A DNA stretch of 64,000 nucleotides, taken from Macrostomum lignano. Its lineage: Eukaryota. The DNA is taken from positions 434,001 through 498,000 of the forward strand of contig NIVC01000491.1 of NCBI GenBank assembly GCA_002269645.1. Reading direction: 5' to 3'. The notes beneath the pieces are model-generated. The model did not search any database. It was not told the origin of the DNA and saw only the letters and a list, made by a program, of their open reading frames with translations. This document shows positions 48,199 through 59,792 of this stretch, piece after piece. Within the stretch, counting starts at the first letter, position 1; every line of letters starts with the position of its first letter. Position numbers and translations under genes: made by a program.

Positions 48199-48683
48199 CA
48201 GGGGCGTTGCCATGGATTTTTATGGTGGGGGACAAAGTCAAGAACTTAACATGTACATGACTAAATTCCTACATTTCCATTATTTTGAGAATCGTGTTTG
48301 TCAGCGCAATTATTTCGGCGCCGCAGGTATCCTCATTTTAGCGACGCAGGCACTCATTTTGGCGCCGTAAGGCACTCATTATGGCGCTGCAGTTGGCATT
48401 CCTTTTGGCGCCGCAGGCACTCATTTTGGCGCTGCAGCTGGGCATTCCTTTTGGCGCCGCAGGCACTAATTTTGGCGCCGCAAGCACGATCATTTTAACG
48501 CCGCAGGCACTGATCATTTCGGCGCTGAAGGCGCTATATTTTGGCGCCCTGTAGAAAAACTATTGATTACCACAACGAGGTCACAAAAGGTGGGGTGGGG
48601 AGGACAAAGCATTGGAATGCCCCCCATAGATTTTACTGTGGGGCACATCCCGGCCGTCCCCTCCCCCGGTGGCGACGCGCCTG
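48199..48683 (+). mobile_element. hAT-type MITE (485 bp), TIR CAGG(G/C)GCGT(T/C)GCCA, 8-bp TSD AGCGCAAG, internal 21-bp repeats
   Basis: TIR matches at 12/14 positions; perfect TSD at 48191-48198 and 48684-48691; diverged internal (GGCGCCGCAGGCACTCATTTT)n. Confidence 0.92.
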
Positions 48684-49201
48684 AGCGCAAGTCTCAAATT
48701 CTCTCAACGGTAATCTCATCTTTACATGTAATTGTTTCTGTTGGCTTTGTAAGCTCTTCAATCAGTTCAAATGCTGGATAACCCCGACCACAAGTTGCTA
48801 GATCGAAGTATACACTGTGCATGCGCTTTGGCATTTCTCAATTACCGCCGGAAGCCGTCCTAGCTGAATGCATTTACATGTAGCAGTGTAAATTGTAGCT
48901 CTATAAGTAACTGTCGTACACAGTAGATGTTTCAGTACATGTACATTCAGAAGTTTTATCGCTTGAAATATTGCTTTACGCTCGTATCCCTAGGGAAATG
49001 AGGAAACTGCGGCTACCGTGTGATTCACCCGATTCATGTACATTATGTACGTGAAACTCTAGCGAGACTAAAAGCTTATAACTATTGAATAAAGTTAAAT
49101 AAAGTAAGCGAAACTATATAAATTTTCCTCCTTGCAATAATACGTTTTGTCAACTATAGGTTGGCAATTAAAGAGTTTTTAATTATATCACTGTTTACAT
49201 T

Positions 49202-49480
49202 CAGGCGCGTCGCCACCGGTGGGGGACAGGGGGGGGGGGCATGCCCCCGGTGTAAAAGCTATGCGGGACAGGGACATGCCAATTCTTTGTCCTCCCACCC
49301 CACCTTGTGACCCATTGTGGCAATCAATGGTTTTTCTTCCGGGCGCCAAAATATAGCGACTTAATTCTGCGCCAAAATGAGTGCCTACCGCGCCAAAATT
49401 ATAAGCGCTGACAGCACGTACGATTCTCAAATAATGGACATGTACGAATTTAGTCATGTACATGTAATGTTGAATTCTTT
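49202..49480 (-). mobile_element. Truncated inverted copy of the 48199 MITE family
   Basis: Begins CAGGCGCGTCGCCA, with an interior homologous to the 48199 copy in reverse; the second TIR is missing. Confidence 0.8.
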
Positions 49481-49888
49481 GCTTTGCTTTGCTCAAACCA
49501 AAGTCGCTTCTAAATCAATTGATTTACATCTAACCGAATTTCGGAAGATTCATAACGTCGTTATGCGTCGGTGTAATGTAAAAACACCTACATGTATTTG
49601 CCGAATTGAAGTCCATCGACGTAGTGTGCGTCGGCGGGTGTTGGAATGCTGCACTGGCTCACTGGCTCATTTGTTAACGGTGTGCATCAAGAACAACTTA
49701 AATTCTTACTTAAAAGAATAAAATAAACCAGAAATGAACAATGTTTTGTGTTTCCACTTACTAAAAGTTGTTATCGTTAGTCCAATTTTAAGACATTTTT
49801 GTATAGATTGCTTTCAACGAGAATTATTTTATCATATATTGGGGGCTGTCAGTCATTCAGTTGACGCAATTTGGAGCAGTTCGCGCAA

Positions 49889-50254
49889 TCACCAGTTGCA
49901 TCCGTCAGATTCGTCGCACAGGAGCACAGTTCCGGCCACGTAGAAGTTGCGCACCTTATCGTTAGGCGGGTCGAAGGAGCTAACGCAGCCGTGCATGGCG
50001 TCGCCGGCTTTCACTGGCCAGTTGTACAGCTCCCCGATGCCCTTGGCGCCGCTGCTGGTGAGGACACCCTTGAAGCAGTAGCGCTTGTCGCAGGTGTTCA
50101 ACTTAGTTGTCAGGTCGGTGCCATCTGCAGTTAGCTGTGTGAAGTAACATTTTAGCTGACCGTAGCCGCTGGCTTGATTGTCGTACACAGCGACCGTCAA
50201 AGCCTCGTTTGCAACGCTTAGCGATAGGATGAAGATAAGACACACTCTGAACAT
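49889..50254 (-). CDS. Small secreted three-finger/Ly6-uPAR (LU)-like protein, 121 aa, single coding exon
   Basis: Signal-peptide-like N-terminus; LKCY...TC...YCFKG...GC...LC-DESDG-CN-W pattern with the terminal CN motif of LU domains; no GPI tail; GC-rich coding-like composition. Confidence 0.75.
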   Translation of the reverse strand: MFRVCLIFILSLSVANEALTVAVYDNQASGYGQLKCYFTQLTADGTDLTTKLNTCDKRYCFKGVLTSSGAKGIGELYNWPVKAGDAMHGCVSSFDPPNDKVRNFYVAGTVLLCDESDGCNW

Positions 50255-51825
50255 CTTTGGAACTGAAAAAACACATGTTTACATGTATTTTTATATACTA
50301 ATGTACTGTCTGTCTATAAACAAACTGATACAACCCCCGTGAAACATTCCGACGTTCGGCGTCGTACCCCGACATACCCGACGGCAAATTGGTCTTTTTA
50401 CATTACGCCGACGCATGACGACTCTCGGCCAAACGTCGGTGTAATCTAAAAACATACCAAATTGCCAGCGATGTCGGTAGGCATCGTTGCCGACGTCGAA
50501 CTTCTGTACAGAAGCAGAATGCAGTACCTTTTGTCGTCAACGATCGAGTTGTTAAACAACTTAGAATAGATAGCTGCTACGAGACTGTTTTGAAGCCAGT
50601 TCGCGTCTCCGGTATGGACTCACTGGACTCTGTTTTGAACCAGCGCAATAAATAGTTTGAAGAGACAAGTCCGCCCATCCCAATTCCGGTTGGATGTGGC
50701 TCTCCCAGCCGCCTCCCTGCTCCCCCAACCCCCGCAGTTTCTACAATCACGTGACGACTACGGAGGCGGATTACTGCGAAGCATGAGTTGAAAGAAAAAA
50801 GAACACTAATTAAAGCAAATTGAGAAGAAATTTTATCTAACTTTGAATTCTGAAATTCAATTAACTGGCCACGCACATTGACTTATTTGTTTTACATTTC
50901 TTTATTACCTGTGCTTACCTGGGGTTTCAAATTCAGTAGGAGACGAATATTATTGACAAGAAAGTTGAATCAGACAAACCCTCAGTCTGTGTTTATATTT
51001 AAAACCGTAGTAAATTGGTGTGGATGTTGAATAATATTGTTATATGGTCTGCTAAACATTTCAGTGTGTAGTGATACCTATGCAAACCAATACCCACGGA
51101 TCTGCTATTGTTCACCTGATATTTGCCTAGTTTATTTTAATAGTGCATCTATATTTTTTAATGAAGCTTTTAATATTATTCTTTTTTATTGAGATTGCAC
51201 TGAAGCAACTCTTCATGGCTAGCGGGTCTGCTAGCTATTGAGCGACTCCATCACTCAGCCATCTGTACTGTAATTCCCCCCCCCACGTGCAGCGCATAAC
51301 AAGCACCAGTACCGCCCACGCATTTTTCAGCTCGACTTCCGCCCTCAGCCCCCAACAGTTAATCTCGACCGATCCTGCTTAATAAATCATTTTTTGTATC
51401 CCCTCACTGCCATCGATGCCTCTTAGATTTCATTTTCGGGAGGATTATAGCGATGGGTGATGATGATCTACTTGTAAATCAGCTTTATAACGATTCAGCA
51501 TTGTTACATACAAAACTAGACTGATAGATTAGTTCACGCGGTCATGTCAACAGATGGTTTATTTGTTTTCTAGAAATGGCTCAAAGGGGTGTGAAATATT
51601 TTTATAGGTCTCAATCTAGCAAGTCTTCTCTCTCCGTTGGGTATTCAACAAAGAAAAGAATAGAAATGCAAATAAACAAAAAATGTGGACTCAGCGAAAT
51701 CCTTTTACATTTGCTATTGTTTGTTGGTTTCTTAAAAAAGCATCACCTCTGAAAGCCAGCTATCTACTCGTACTAGCATAAGACATCGGCATCTCTTTTG
51801 AGCCTTGGAATCCCCGCATAAGTAT

Positions 51826-51938
51826 TGACATCTCAGCAATTCCCCCATGAGCCTTGGCATCTCAGCAACTCCCCCATGAGCCTTGGCATCTCAGCAACTC
51901 GGCATGAGCCTTGGCATCTCAGCAATTCCCCATGAGCC
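51826..51938. repeat. 29-bp minisatellite, reverse complement of the 8020-8241 family
   Basis: CATCTCAGCAATTCCCCCATGAGCCTTGG, about 4 copies. Confidence 0.9.
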
Positions 51939-52818
51939 GTTACACGCACAATGCATGTGCAGTGCCCGGTCAATCGGGCATGAGCCTGAACGTCCAGCTA
52001 TATATACTGTTTGATGGCTGGATGAGTGTCCCGTGACGCCTGCGTCATCGTGTTAATGCTGAAAATTGAATACTGAAGCACTCCACTCGCACTGACAAGG
52101 AGATCAGGGCAACCTACAGGATGGACAAGCTGCCCTATCCATCCTTCTTCTCCTGTAAAAAAAATATTTATCTTTGTCTACTCTAATTCTATGCCTATGG
52201 TAGAAAATGCTCTGTGTAAAATCTATAGATTAAGTACGATCCGTGCCTGTTTCTTCGGTGTCTATGGTACAGAGTCCTCGGACGCGATTCTCATAGCAAT
52301 TTCTTTAGCCACCGAAGGAACAGACAAAGATTATAAATAATCGTTCGATCGTACCGCTGGTGCATTAAGTATGCTCTCGGGAAGACCAGCGCTGAATGCA
52401 GTTTTGACATAGACAAATTTTGTCGAGAAAATGCTGCTCTAGAAAAATCCGATTTCTCTAAACGACAAAAAATATACTCGTAGGATAAATATTCGTTCCG
52501 AAAATTTGGCTTGCTCAATACGGAGTTAAACGTCTAGGGGTTTTAAAACACTAGCACGTGAGGCTTGTAGATGTACATCACATTCTCATCTTATGATTCT
52601 CTGGCTGGAGGCGGGACGAAATACAAGGGCTCCAGTGGATTCAGCTAAGGAACTTCAGAAGGGCGCCAAAACTTTGGCGGGAATATGTTGGTAGGAAACT
52701 GGCCTGTGGAATGAGTCTAGATCTCTTGCTCCCGCATCAGTTATGCAGTAAATTCCGATTACCTACACGAGGCCAGTCACATGTATAGGTTTCTTAAACT
52801 GGAACTCACTTTTCTCTG

Positions 52819-53476
52819 ATGCGCCTGACGCTGCCGCCAGAGATGCCGTTGCCGGCAAAGGAGAGCTTCAGCCTAGCACCAGTCAGCACAGCCGACTTTG
52901 TGAGGCTCGCCCAACAGTCACCGGGCGGGAAAGCGCTGGGTCTGGACGAGGTGCCCATCGAGGCGCTGCGCATCCACTGTGTGGCCAGTGAGGTCGCCAA
53001 AGTGATGAATCGCGTGCTCTTCGGTGAGGAGGCACCCAACGAATGGACCACGGCGCACATCGTCGCAGTTCCTAAGAAGCGGGGCACCACGAGGCTTGAA
53101 GAGCATCGAGGCATCTGCCTTCAGTCATGCGCTGCGAAGCTGTTCAATCGGATGCTGTTATCGCGGTTGCAACCAGTGCTGGATCCGTACCTGCGTCCTG
53201 AGCAGAACGGCTTCGGGCCCCATCGCGGCACAGTGACGCAGATACTGGCTCTTCGCCGGGTCATCGATGAGACGCGGACACACCAATCCATCCTGATTGT
53301 TATCTTCATAGATTTCAAGAAGGCATTCGACTCGGTCGTCAGGTCTGTGCTCCCAAAGGTGCTCCGTGCGGACAACGTGCCAGAGCAGCTAAGTTCCGCC
53401 ATCATGGCGATGTACCGCAATACGACAGCTGCTGTTTCAACCGGACGGCCTGTGGGACTTCTTTGAGACATCCTCT
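52819..53476 (+). mobile_element. Non-LTR retrotransposon (RTE-like) reverse transcriptase fragment, truncated at both ends
   Basis: KALGLDEVPIE, EWTTAHIVAVPKK, RGICL, EQNGF, FIDFKKAFDSV (RT domains 0-3). Frameshifted continuation DG-L-DFFETSS, then a break before QG/YADD. Confidence 0.9.
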
Positions 53477-53477
53477 C

Positions 53478-53646
53478 GATGGTTTTTCACACATAACTTT
53501 TGAATGAATGGACCAAAATACACGCGACTGAGTTCATTGGAAAGAAGAGAGGTGCCGCTTGAAAATGACAGCAAAGTTGTGCTTACAGCTGCTACTGTTT
53601 TTGATCTGGGATTAAAAGTGTCAGAACTTTCCGGACACCCCTCGTA
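53478..53646. mobile_element. Truncated Tc1/mariner-like element end
   Basis: Ends CTTTCCGGACACCCCTCG-TA, the reverse complement of TA-CGAGGGGTGTCCGGAAAG, a mariner-type TIR start with TA target. No partner TIR seen. Confidence 0.45.
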
Positions 53647-54598
53647 TTTTGTTGTATATATGTGCACAACCTGTATGTGCTCAGCAGACAACGGAATGGG
53701 CAAAATTGAATCAGCATTGGCTAGATGACGATGTCTTCGAAGACGACTCAATACTTCTGCAGTTCTTATTACTACAATTATTATATTATTAATAATATTA
53801 GTATCAGTACGACGTACTATCCCGCTCCTCATGAAAAGCAGTAACGCAATAATTATGTAGCAGCTAGGTGTGAGCATAGATTGAGGGCTAAGAATAAAGT
53901 ATTCAACCTTAAAGTATCTATCAGTTGCTAGTGAGATCAAGGAATGTCAGCTTATCGTACCAGTTTATTTCTAATAATTAAAAAACTCTAGCCTGCTTAG
54001 AAAAGTCGTCGAATTCATCAAGCATCTTTTTTAAAAGTTGGTGACTTATTGAAATTTGGGAATTTTACAAGATAGTTGGATGACTCACATCACTCTACTG
54101 TGTGTAAGAGTAGAGAGACCCGAGCTTAATTGCAATATATGAATTTTCATCTCTGCAAAAGTGTTGAGTCGACTCTCAAGTTGCATCTGGAAGCCACAGC
54201 TTGTCTTGTTCCAGAAATTTTCAGGAATTTCAACTTACATGTGTACAAAACATGGTTATTTAACTTTTTCTCGAAGTTTTCCAAAATTTGCATAGCTATC
54301 CAATATTTCAGGTTGTTGTATAATTGAATTCTTTTAGTCCCTGTCATGAAATTAAATAAAAAACTAATAATATAGTCACACACTGACTATAAACATTTAG
54401 GAATGCTTTATTATTAGTTTGTCGGTAAATATTAGGTTGATACAAGGTTTACTGCAAAACTTCGGAAAGAAATGATCTATCTAAGACAATTTTAATCCAA
54501 TGTGTTACGCGTACAGCATTTGGTGACAGAGACGGATATGCTTTCAGTTATTAGATCAAACAGTATCCAAGCATTTTAATTGGAGAAATTTTCCGGCT

Positions 54599-56868
54599 TT
54601 AAAACAGCTCGTTAATTTGCTCCACGCTCAGCATGCCAGAGAAATTTCCAAACAGTTGAATTCGACCGTTCATAGGAGTGGTGAATGGCATAGACGAGGG
54701 TCGCGAGCCCAGATAGACACATCGAATATCATCTCCGTTAGTGCCGTAGGTGCTGGCACTGGTTGACATCAAGGCGTCTCTTCGAACGCCGTTGACAACA
54801 AAGTAGCCATCAGTTCCGTTAACAGCTACAGCCAATCGGACCATGTTAGCCTCGGGCAGGTAGTAGATGATATTTGTATATTCTCTGTAAATTTGCCAGT
54901 TACCAGTTAGCGAGTTCAGAAACCACAGCTCGTTGCGGTCGGTGCGCTCGCTCATGCCGCCATTGTACACAGAGGAGTTACCGCAGTTCGCAAACAGCAG
55001 GATCTGCGACCGGTAGTGCAAGTTCAGCCGAGTGTAGCCGATCACAAACGTCATGGGAGCTTGAGTTCTGAATTGTGAATTTTGTAATATTAGGCATGGG
55101 CGCTTGCAGGGGGGTCGCAATGGATTTTATGGTGGGAGGGACAAAGCCAAGAATTCCACATGTACATATACATTATTTTCAGAATCGGTGTTGTCAGCGC
55201 TCATTTTGGCGCCGCAGGCACTCATTTTGGCGCCGCAGGCACTCATTTTGGCGTTGCAGGTACTCATTTTAGCGCCGCAGGCACTCATTTTAGCGCCGCA
55301 GGCACTCATTTTAGCGCCGCAGGCACTCATTTTAGCGCCGCAGGCACTTATTTTAGCGCCGCAGGCACTCATTTTGGCGCTGCAGGCACTCATTTTGGCG
55401 CTGCAGGCACTCATTTTATTGATTTTTATAACGGGTCCCAAGGTTGGGTTGGGGGGGGGGACAAAGCATTGGCATGTCCCCCCTAGCTTTTACTCCCCTC
55501 CCCTCGGTGGCGACGCCCCTGGGTGCTTGAAGATTTTAGGTTAGGGTGCTAGTTATGACGCACAGAATTTTCATTCAACCTACCAAATGCGACTGTTGAA
55601 CTGGAATCCGCTGAGATCAATCCTTACAAAATCCGAATATCCTTGCGGCACCTGAAATCCATTTTCGAAAACTTCGATCTGATTTGGGTTGCTCCTCACA
55701 GCGGGCATGATGGTCTTGTTAATCAGATTGAGCCAGCTTGAGTTAAACGTATAGAAAGCTAAAGCCGAGCTCGCCCAGCTGCGCAGTTTGTGCTGAATGA
55801 CGCAGCGCTTGTCGCTTAGCAACCTGCTGTTCAGGTACCGACTAAGTCCGCCCTCGAAGCAGCCGGTCGAGTTGAAAATAAAAAACTCGCAGCTTGACCG
55901 GCCGAGGCAGGAGACGGCGCAGATGTCAAGCTGCAGCGGCTGCGCCCAGGAGGCGTTCCGGACAGGCGGCACATTGCTGATCATCAAGTCGGTGCAAAGA
56001 CTCTCCTCAACAAAGTGTGCAGTCCATCGTGTTGACACTGCGATGGGTCGGGCTGTTGAGGATACGCTGGAACCGAATAGCTCGGAGGCTTGAACTGGCA
56101 CACAGAGCGTCGGCATTAAGCTTTCTTGAATTGTCAAGTTCAGCTTGACGAACTCAAATTCGTGAACGTGCTGTAGCGACTCAATGCAGTGCGTATTGCA
56201 GAGAAAGTTTTTTAAGGTCAGCTGTTCGACCGAATCCACAACTAGAACATCACCGCTGAACAGTTTGCTCCGAGGACAGTGGGCTGAAATTTGAAAAATA
56301 CTTATCCATGGTGCAATGAAGCTACTATAGAGACTCAAGCATCAAACGAGCTTAAGGATAATGGTCGGATCATGAGGCAAATACAGATACGGGATTGTAG
56401 ATTCTTCCCTCTAAACGAATTACAATACAAAGCAGACGTCAAACAAGTCAAATTTTCATACTGATGTCTCTTGATGTCTTCAGTAGCATAAATGTTATAC
56501 TCACTATCAATAATTTTATGCTTCTTATCGATTTTCAGTTTCGTATCGCAGTCTTCGGTAGAATTGTAAACAGCGGCGCTATCAGCCGACTCGGTGCTGA
56601 CCAGTTTGCAGACTGGCGACGTCAGTTGAAGGCTGCTCGCAGCGCAGCTGCGGTAGAGGCTGCAGTGCTTGGCGCAGTCCAGTGGGCTCGTCATCAGTGT
56701 CACGCTCTGATCACCTGGTCCAGTAAAGCAGACGTTGAGCTGCTCAAATTGACTGCAGTTCGACAGAGGCAGAGACTGTGCTGTTGCGGGCAGTTGGTGG
56801 CAGCTTAGTAGAGCAAGCGTCAGATGGACAGCCATTGTGCGGATGTCCATGTTGGCCATGTGATTCAT
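54599..56868 (-). CDS. Secreted PAN/Apple-PAN-LamG(ConA)-like protein; predicted join(56505..56868, 55584..56283, 54599..55067); junction 2/3 gives in-frame TGA (possible pseudogene)
   Basis: Signal-like MAVHLTLALLSCHQLPATA; PAN-like DCAKHCSLYRSCAASSL...CKL and ICAVSCLGRSSCEFFIF; LamG-like LAFYTFN...YFVVNG...VYLG...MNGRI...LSVEQI. Splice sites A|GTGAGT, TTTCAG|CC, TG|GTAGGT and TTCAG|A. Confidence 0.72.
55107..55521 (+). mobile_element. hAT-type MITE of the 48199 family in intron 2 of the PAN/LamG gene
   Basis: Termini CAGGGGGGTCGCAA and TGGCGACGCCCCTG; TSD GGCGCTTG/GGTGCTTG (7/8); about 10 homogeneous 21-bp internal repeats. Confidence 0.88.
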
Positions 56869-57413
56869 GCAATGCTATCTGAATGTTTGCCTACAGCAAT
56901 AAGGTCCTCGATGGTATATTGAAATTCTGTCTTAATATCCCTATTACAATGGGTATAAGTAAGACAGAATCTGCTGACCCAGCTGCCTGGCAACCAATAA
57001 TTTTTTGGAGAAGCCTATAGCTGCAGCCTTCTATAACTCTGTGCTCCCTTTTCATCTGCCTAATCGTCGTTGGCACAGCTTTTGTTTTTAACTGATTGAA
57101 TTAGTAAATACACTGCATGCATTGTTTAAACGATTAATTGTCTAGGTAAGCTTCGTTTTGCTTGTTACGGGTTGAATGAAGCACAAGCAAGTTCCATTTT
57201 AAATAAAAACTCGTTCAAGGTCCAACAAAGGCCCTACTTGAATAAGCTGCTGAAAATATCGATCCATTATTCATTGGCAAAGCCAGACAACATACACACC
57301 AGGTTATATTCTTTAAGTTTGTTCAGCCAAAACAGGAAGTAATATCTCCAAAAGAAAAAGCTTTTACAAACGGCTCTGAATAGCTGTTTCGGCAGGATGT
57401 TGGGTTACTGCAT

Positions 57414-57673
57414 GTTCTGTTCTGTTCTGTTCTGTTCTGTTCTGTTCTGTTCTGTTGTTGTGTTCTGTTCTGTTCTGTTCTGTTCTGTTCTGTTCTGTTC
57501 TGTTCTGTTCTGTTCTGTTCTGTTCTGTTCTGTTCTGTTCTGTTCTTTTCTGTTCTGTTCTGCTCTGTTCTGTTCTGTTCTGTTCTGTTTTGTTCTGTTC
57601 TGTTCTGTTGTTGTGTTGTGTTCTGTTCTGTTCTGTTCTGTTCTGTTCTGTTCTGTTCTGTTGTTGTGTTCTG
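57414..57673. repeat. (TTCTG)n pentanucleotide microsatellite
   Basis: Direct reading. Confidence 0.98.
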
Positions 57674-59792
57674 AGAGGACCTTTTTGATGAGGACATGAG
57701 CTTATATAGTGTGAAGTTAGCCAGGTAACTTTATGCTTGTGTCTTCTGGCACTCCTGTGTCTTTTTTCCTGTTTTGGATTTTATCCCTCCGTGAATTCAA
57801 AGTATTTTACAGTTAAGAAATTGATCATATTTGAGACTGCCAGCTCAAAGGAAAAAGGGGTGCCATCGTCGCCAGTCGTCCCCGCCCCCCTTAAATCCGC
57901 CCCTGATCACACTACGCCATACTTTAAGCGTTGGCATGTGAATCCACTAGTCTATTTCTAGTGGGTATTGTAACCGAAGATGTGAACTGTTACGTACATG
58001 CATACGAAAAAGTATGTTGCTATACACGCTAGAAATATCGCTGCATGCATGTACTAATAGCTACATTTACATAATTCTAATGAGATAGATTGATAAAACA
58101 ATGACTACGCTACTTAAAGCATGATATGTCTCTATATTTATGTATAACCTTTATATATACCTATAAATCTACCTGTCATTATAAATATTGATTTAGTGTA
58201 CTCAAAAAATGAAAAAACACACGTATTATACCTTTTAAATGTACATGCTCTAGTATAGTTGCTCCAGAAAAGATCCAGATTAATTGCAACTAATTAATTA
58301 AGCCTGCATGATTACTGTACCAGAGACACAAATTAAAAATTATGATTATCTGTACCAAAGCCAAACCAAATTAATAATTTCTCGAAGCTCCAGTATAGGT
58401 GATAACCCATGGAAATGCAACTACCTTTGCACTAGCTTTTGTAGCTACATTGTATATAAGCTATACGCTCGTATAGCTTCTACATGTAGTGTCAAATCAG
58501 AAGACAATTTCTGCAGTCTATGGAGCGGAATATATTCTGTGTGGAACTATTAAGGATACGATAAATTTTAACTTGATTAGCAGAGGAGTTATAATCCAAA
58601 CCCTCTTTAGGACACCCATGATTCGTGATTTTTTACAACAAACGCCGGTTTTATACCGGCTTTTTAGCTGTTAAAAACAAATTTAAAATATTGTATAGCA
58701 AGCAAAATGCATTTAGTCTGTTGAAATTCTAAAAAGGAAGTTAAATTTATAAAACATAACATTAACGGTTCTTATTACTTATCATATTAGGTATACAAGT
58801 TACAGTAATCATAGACGCGGAGACCAAATTTAAATGTCTACTTTAGTTAGAAATTTCCAAACCATACCGCAGCGAGGTACAGGTCGACTGATCGTGATGG
58901 ATTCTTTTGGACTCGGAGATTTATGATGCTAAATTGTATAAAAATAAACGATTGTTGTTGTATACATTTTAAGATAAAAGACTTTACCAAATTTTCAATT
59001 TTTTTTCTATACCAGATTCGATTGATAATTTATAACTTTTTGTAGCTTTGCCTTTGTGCTGTCTGTAAGACTGTAGCTATTTTGTTCCTGAGCTCAAATT
59101 TTAATAGGCCAAACCCTGGTCAACATAGTGGCACTAGCCTATAATTTTCTTTGAATTTGTTTAAATACTATTCAGCTACTATTGGTGAAAGTCTTGGCTT
59201 CATTTGAAAAGTTCATAAGCAAAATACCTAAAGCATACATCTTGTAGCCATGAAAATTGAAATGCACTTACAAAAAATGTACTTGCAGAATTTATAAACA
59301 TTACACTATAAACCTAAATATAGTAATAAAATGTAATAATGCTATCTTATTTCTACTATTTATTGAAGTTTTTTATTGATATAATTAAATATACTTATAC
59401 TGTAGATTTTGAAATTGTTTCAAGCCTTTTGCTTAGTGTTTAGTATTATATTAATATTAAAAATATTATAGTTGAATTTTAAGCAAGAATAAATAAAAGT
59501 TGCTGCCTCTATTGTATTGGATACTTGACATAATAAAGTTTATAAAAATCAACAATATAGAGTAAATATTTTCTTCTAAAAATCAAACAACAGTTTTATT
59601 TAGTTAATTTAAAACTAATTTAATAAATTTAACAAACAGTTTACAGAAATAAGCCTTGCGGCTTTCAATCCAGCTAAATTCATGTGTTTTTATAAATTTA
59701 TTTTACAGGCAGTTCAGCTATGGTTGCTTAAAAGAAATTATCATAATTAAGCAAGACAAACCTTGGCAGACTGACTTCAAATCTGAGGCGTC

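Noticed and set aside
51962-52047. Cluster of small hairpins as a ribozyme or ncRNA
   Set aside because: It lacks a complete hammerhead or other recognisable core; short stems are expected by chance.
57880-57905. CCCCCCTTAAATCCGCCCCTG, hAT-like TIR
   Set aside because: No partner TIR or TSD found, so no element could be delimited.
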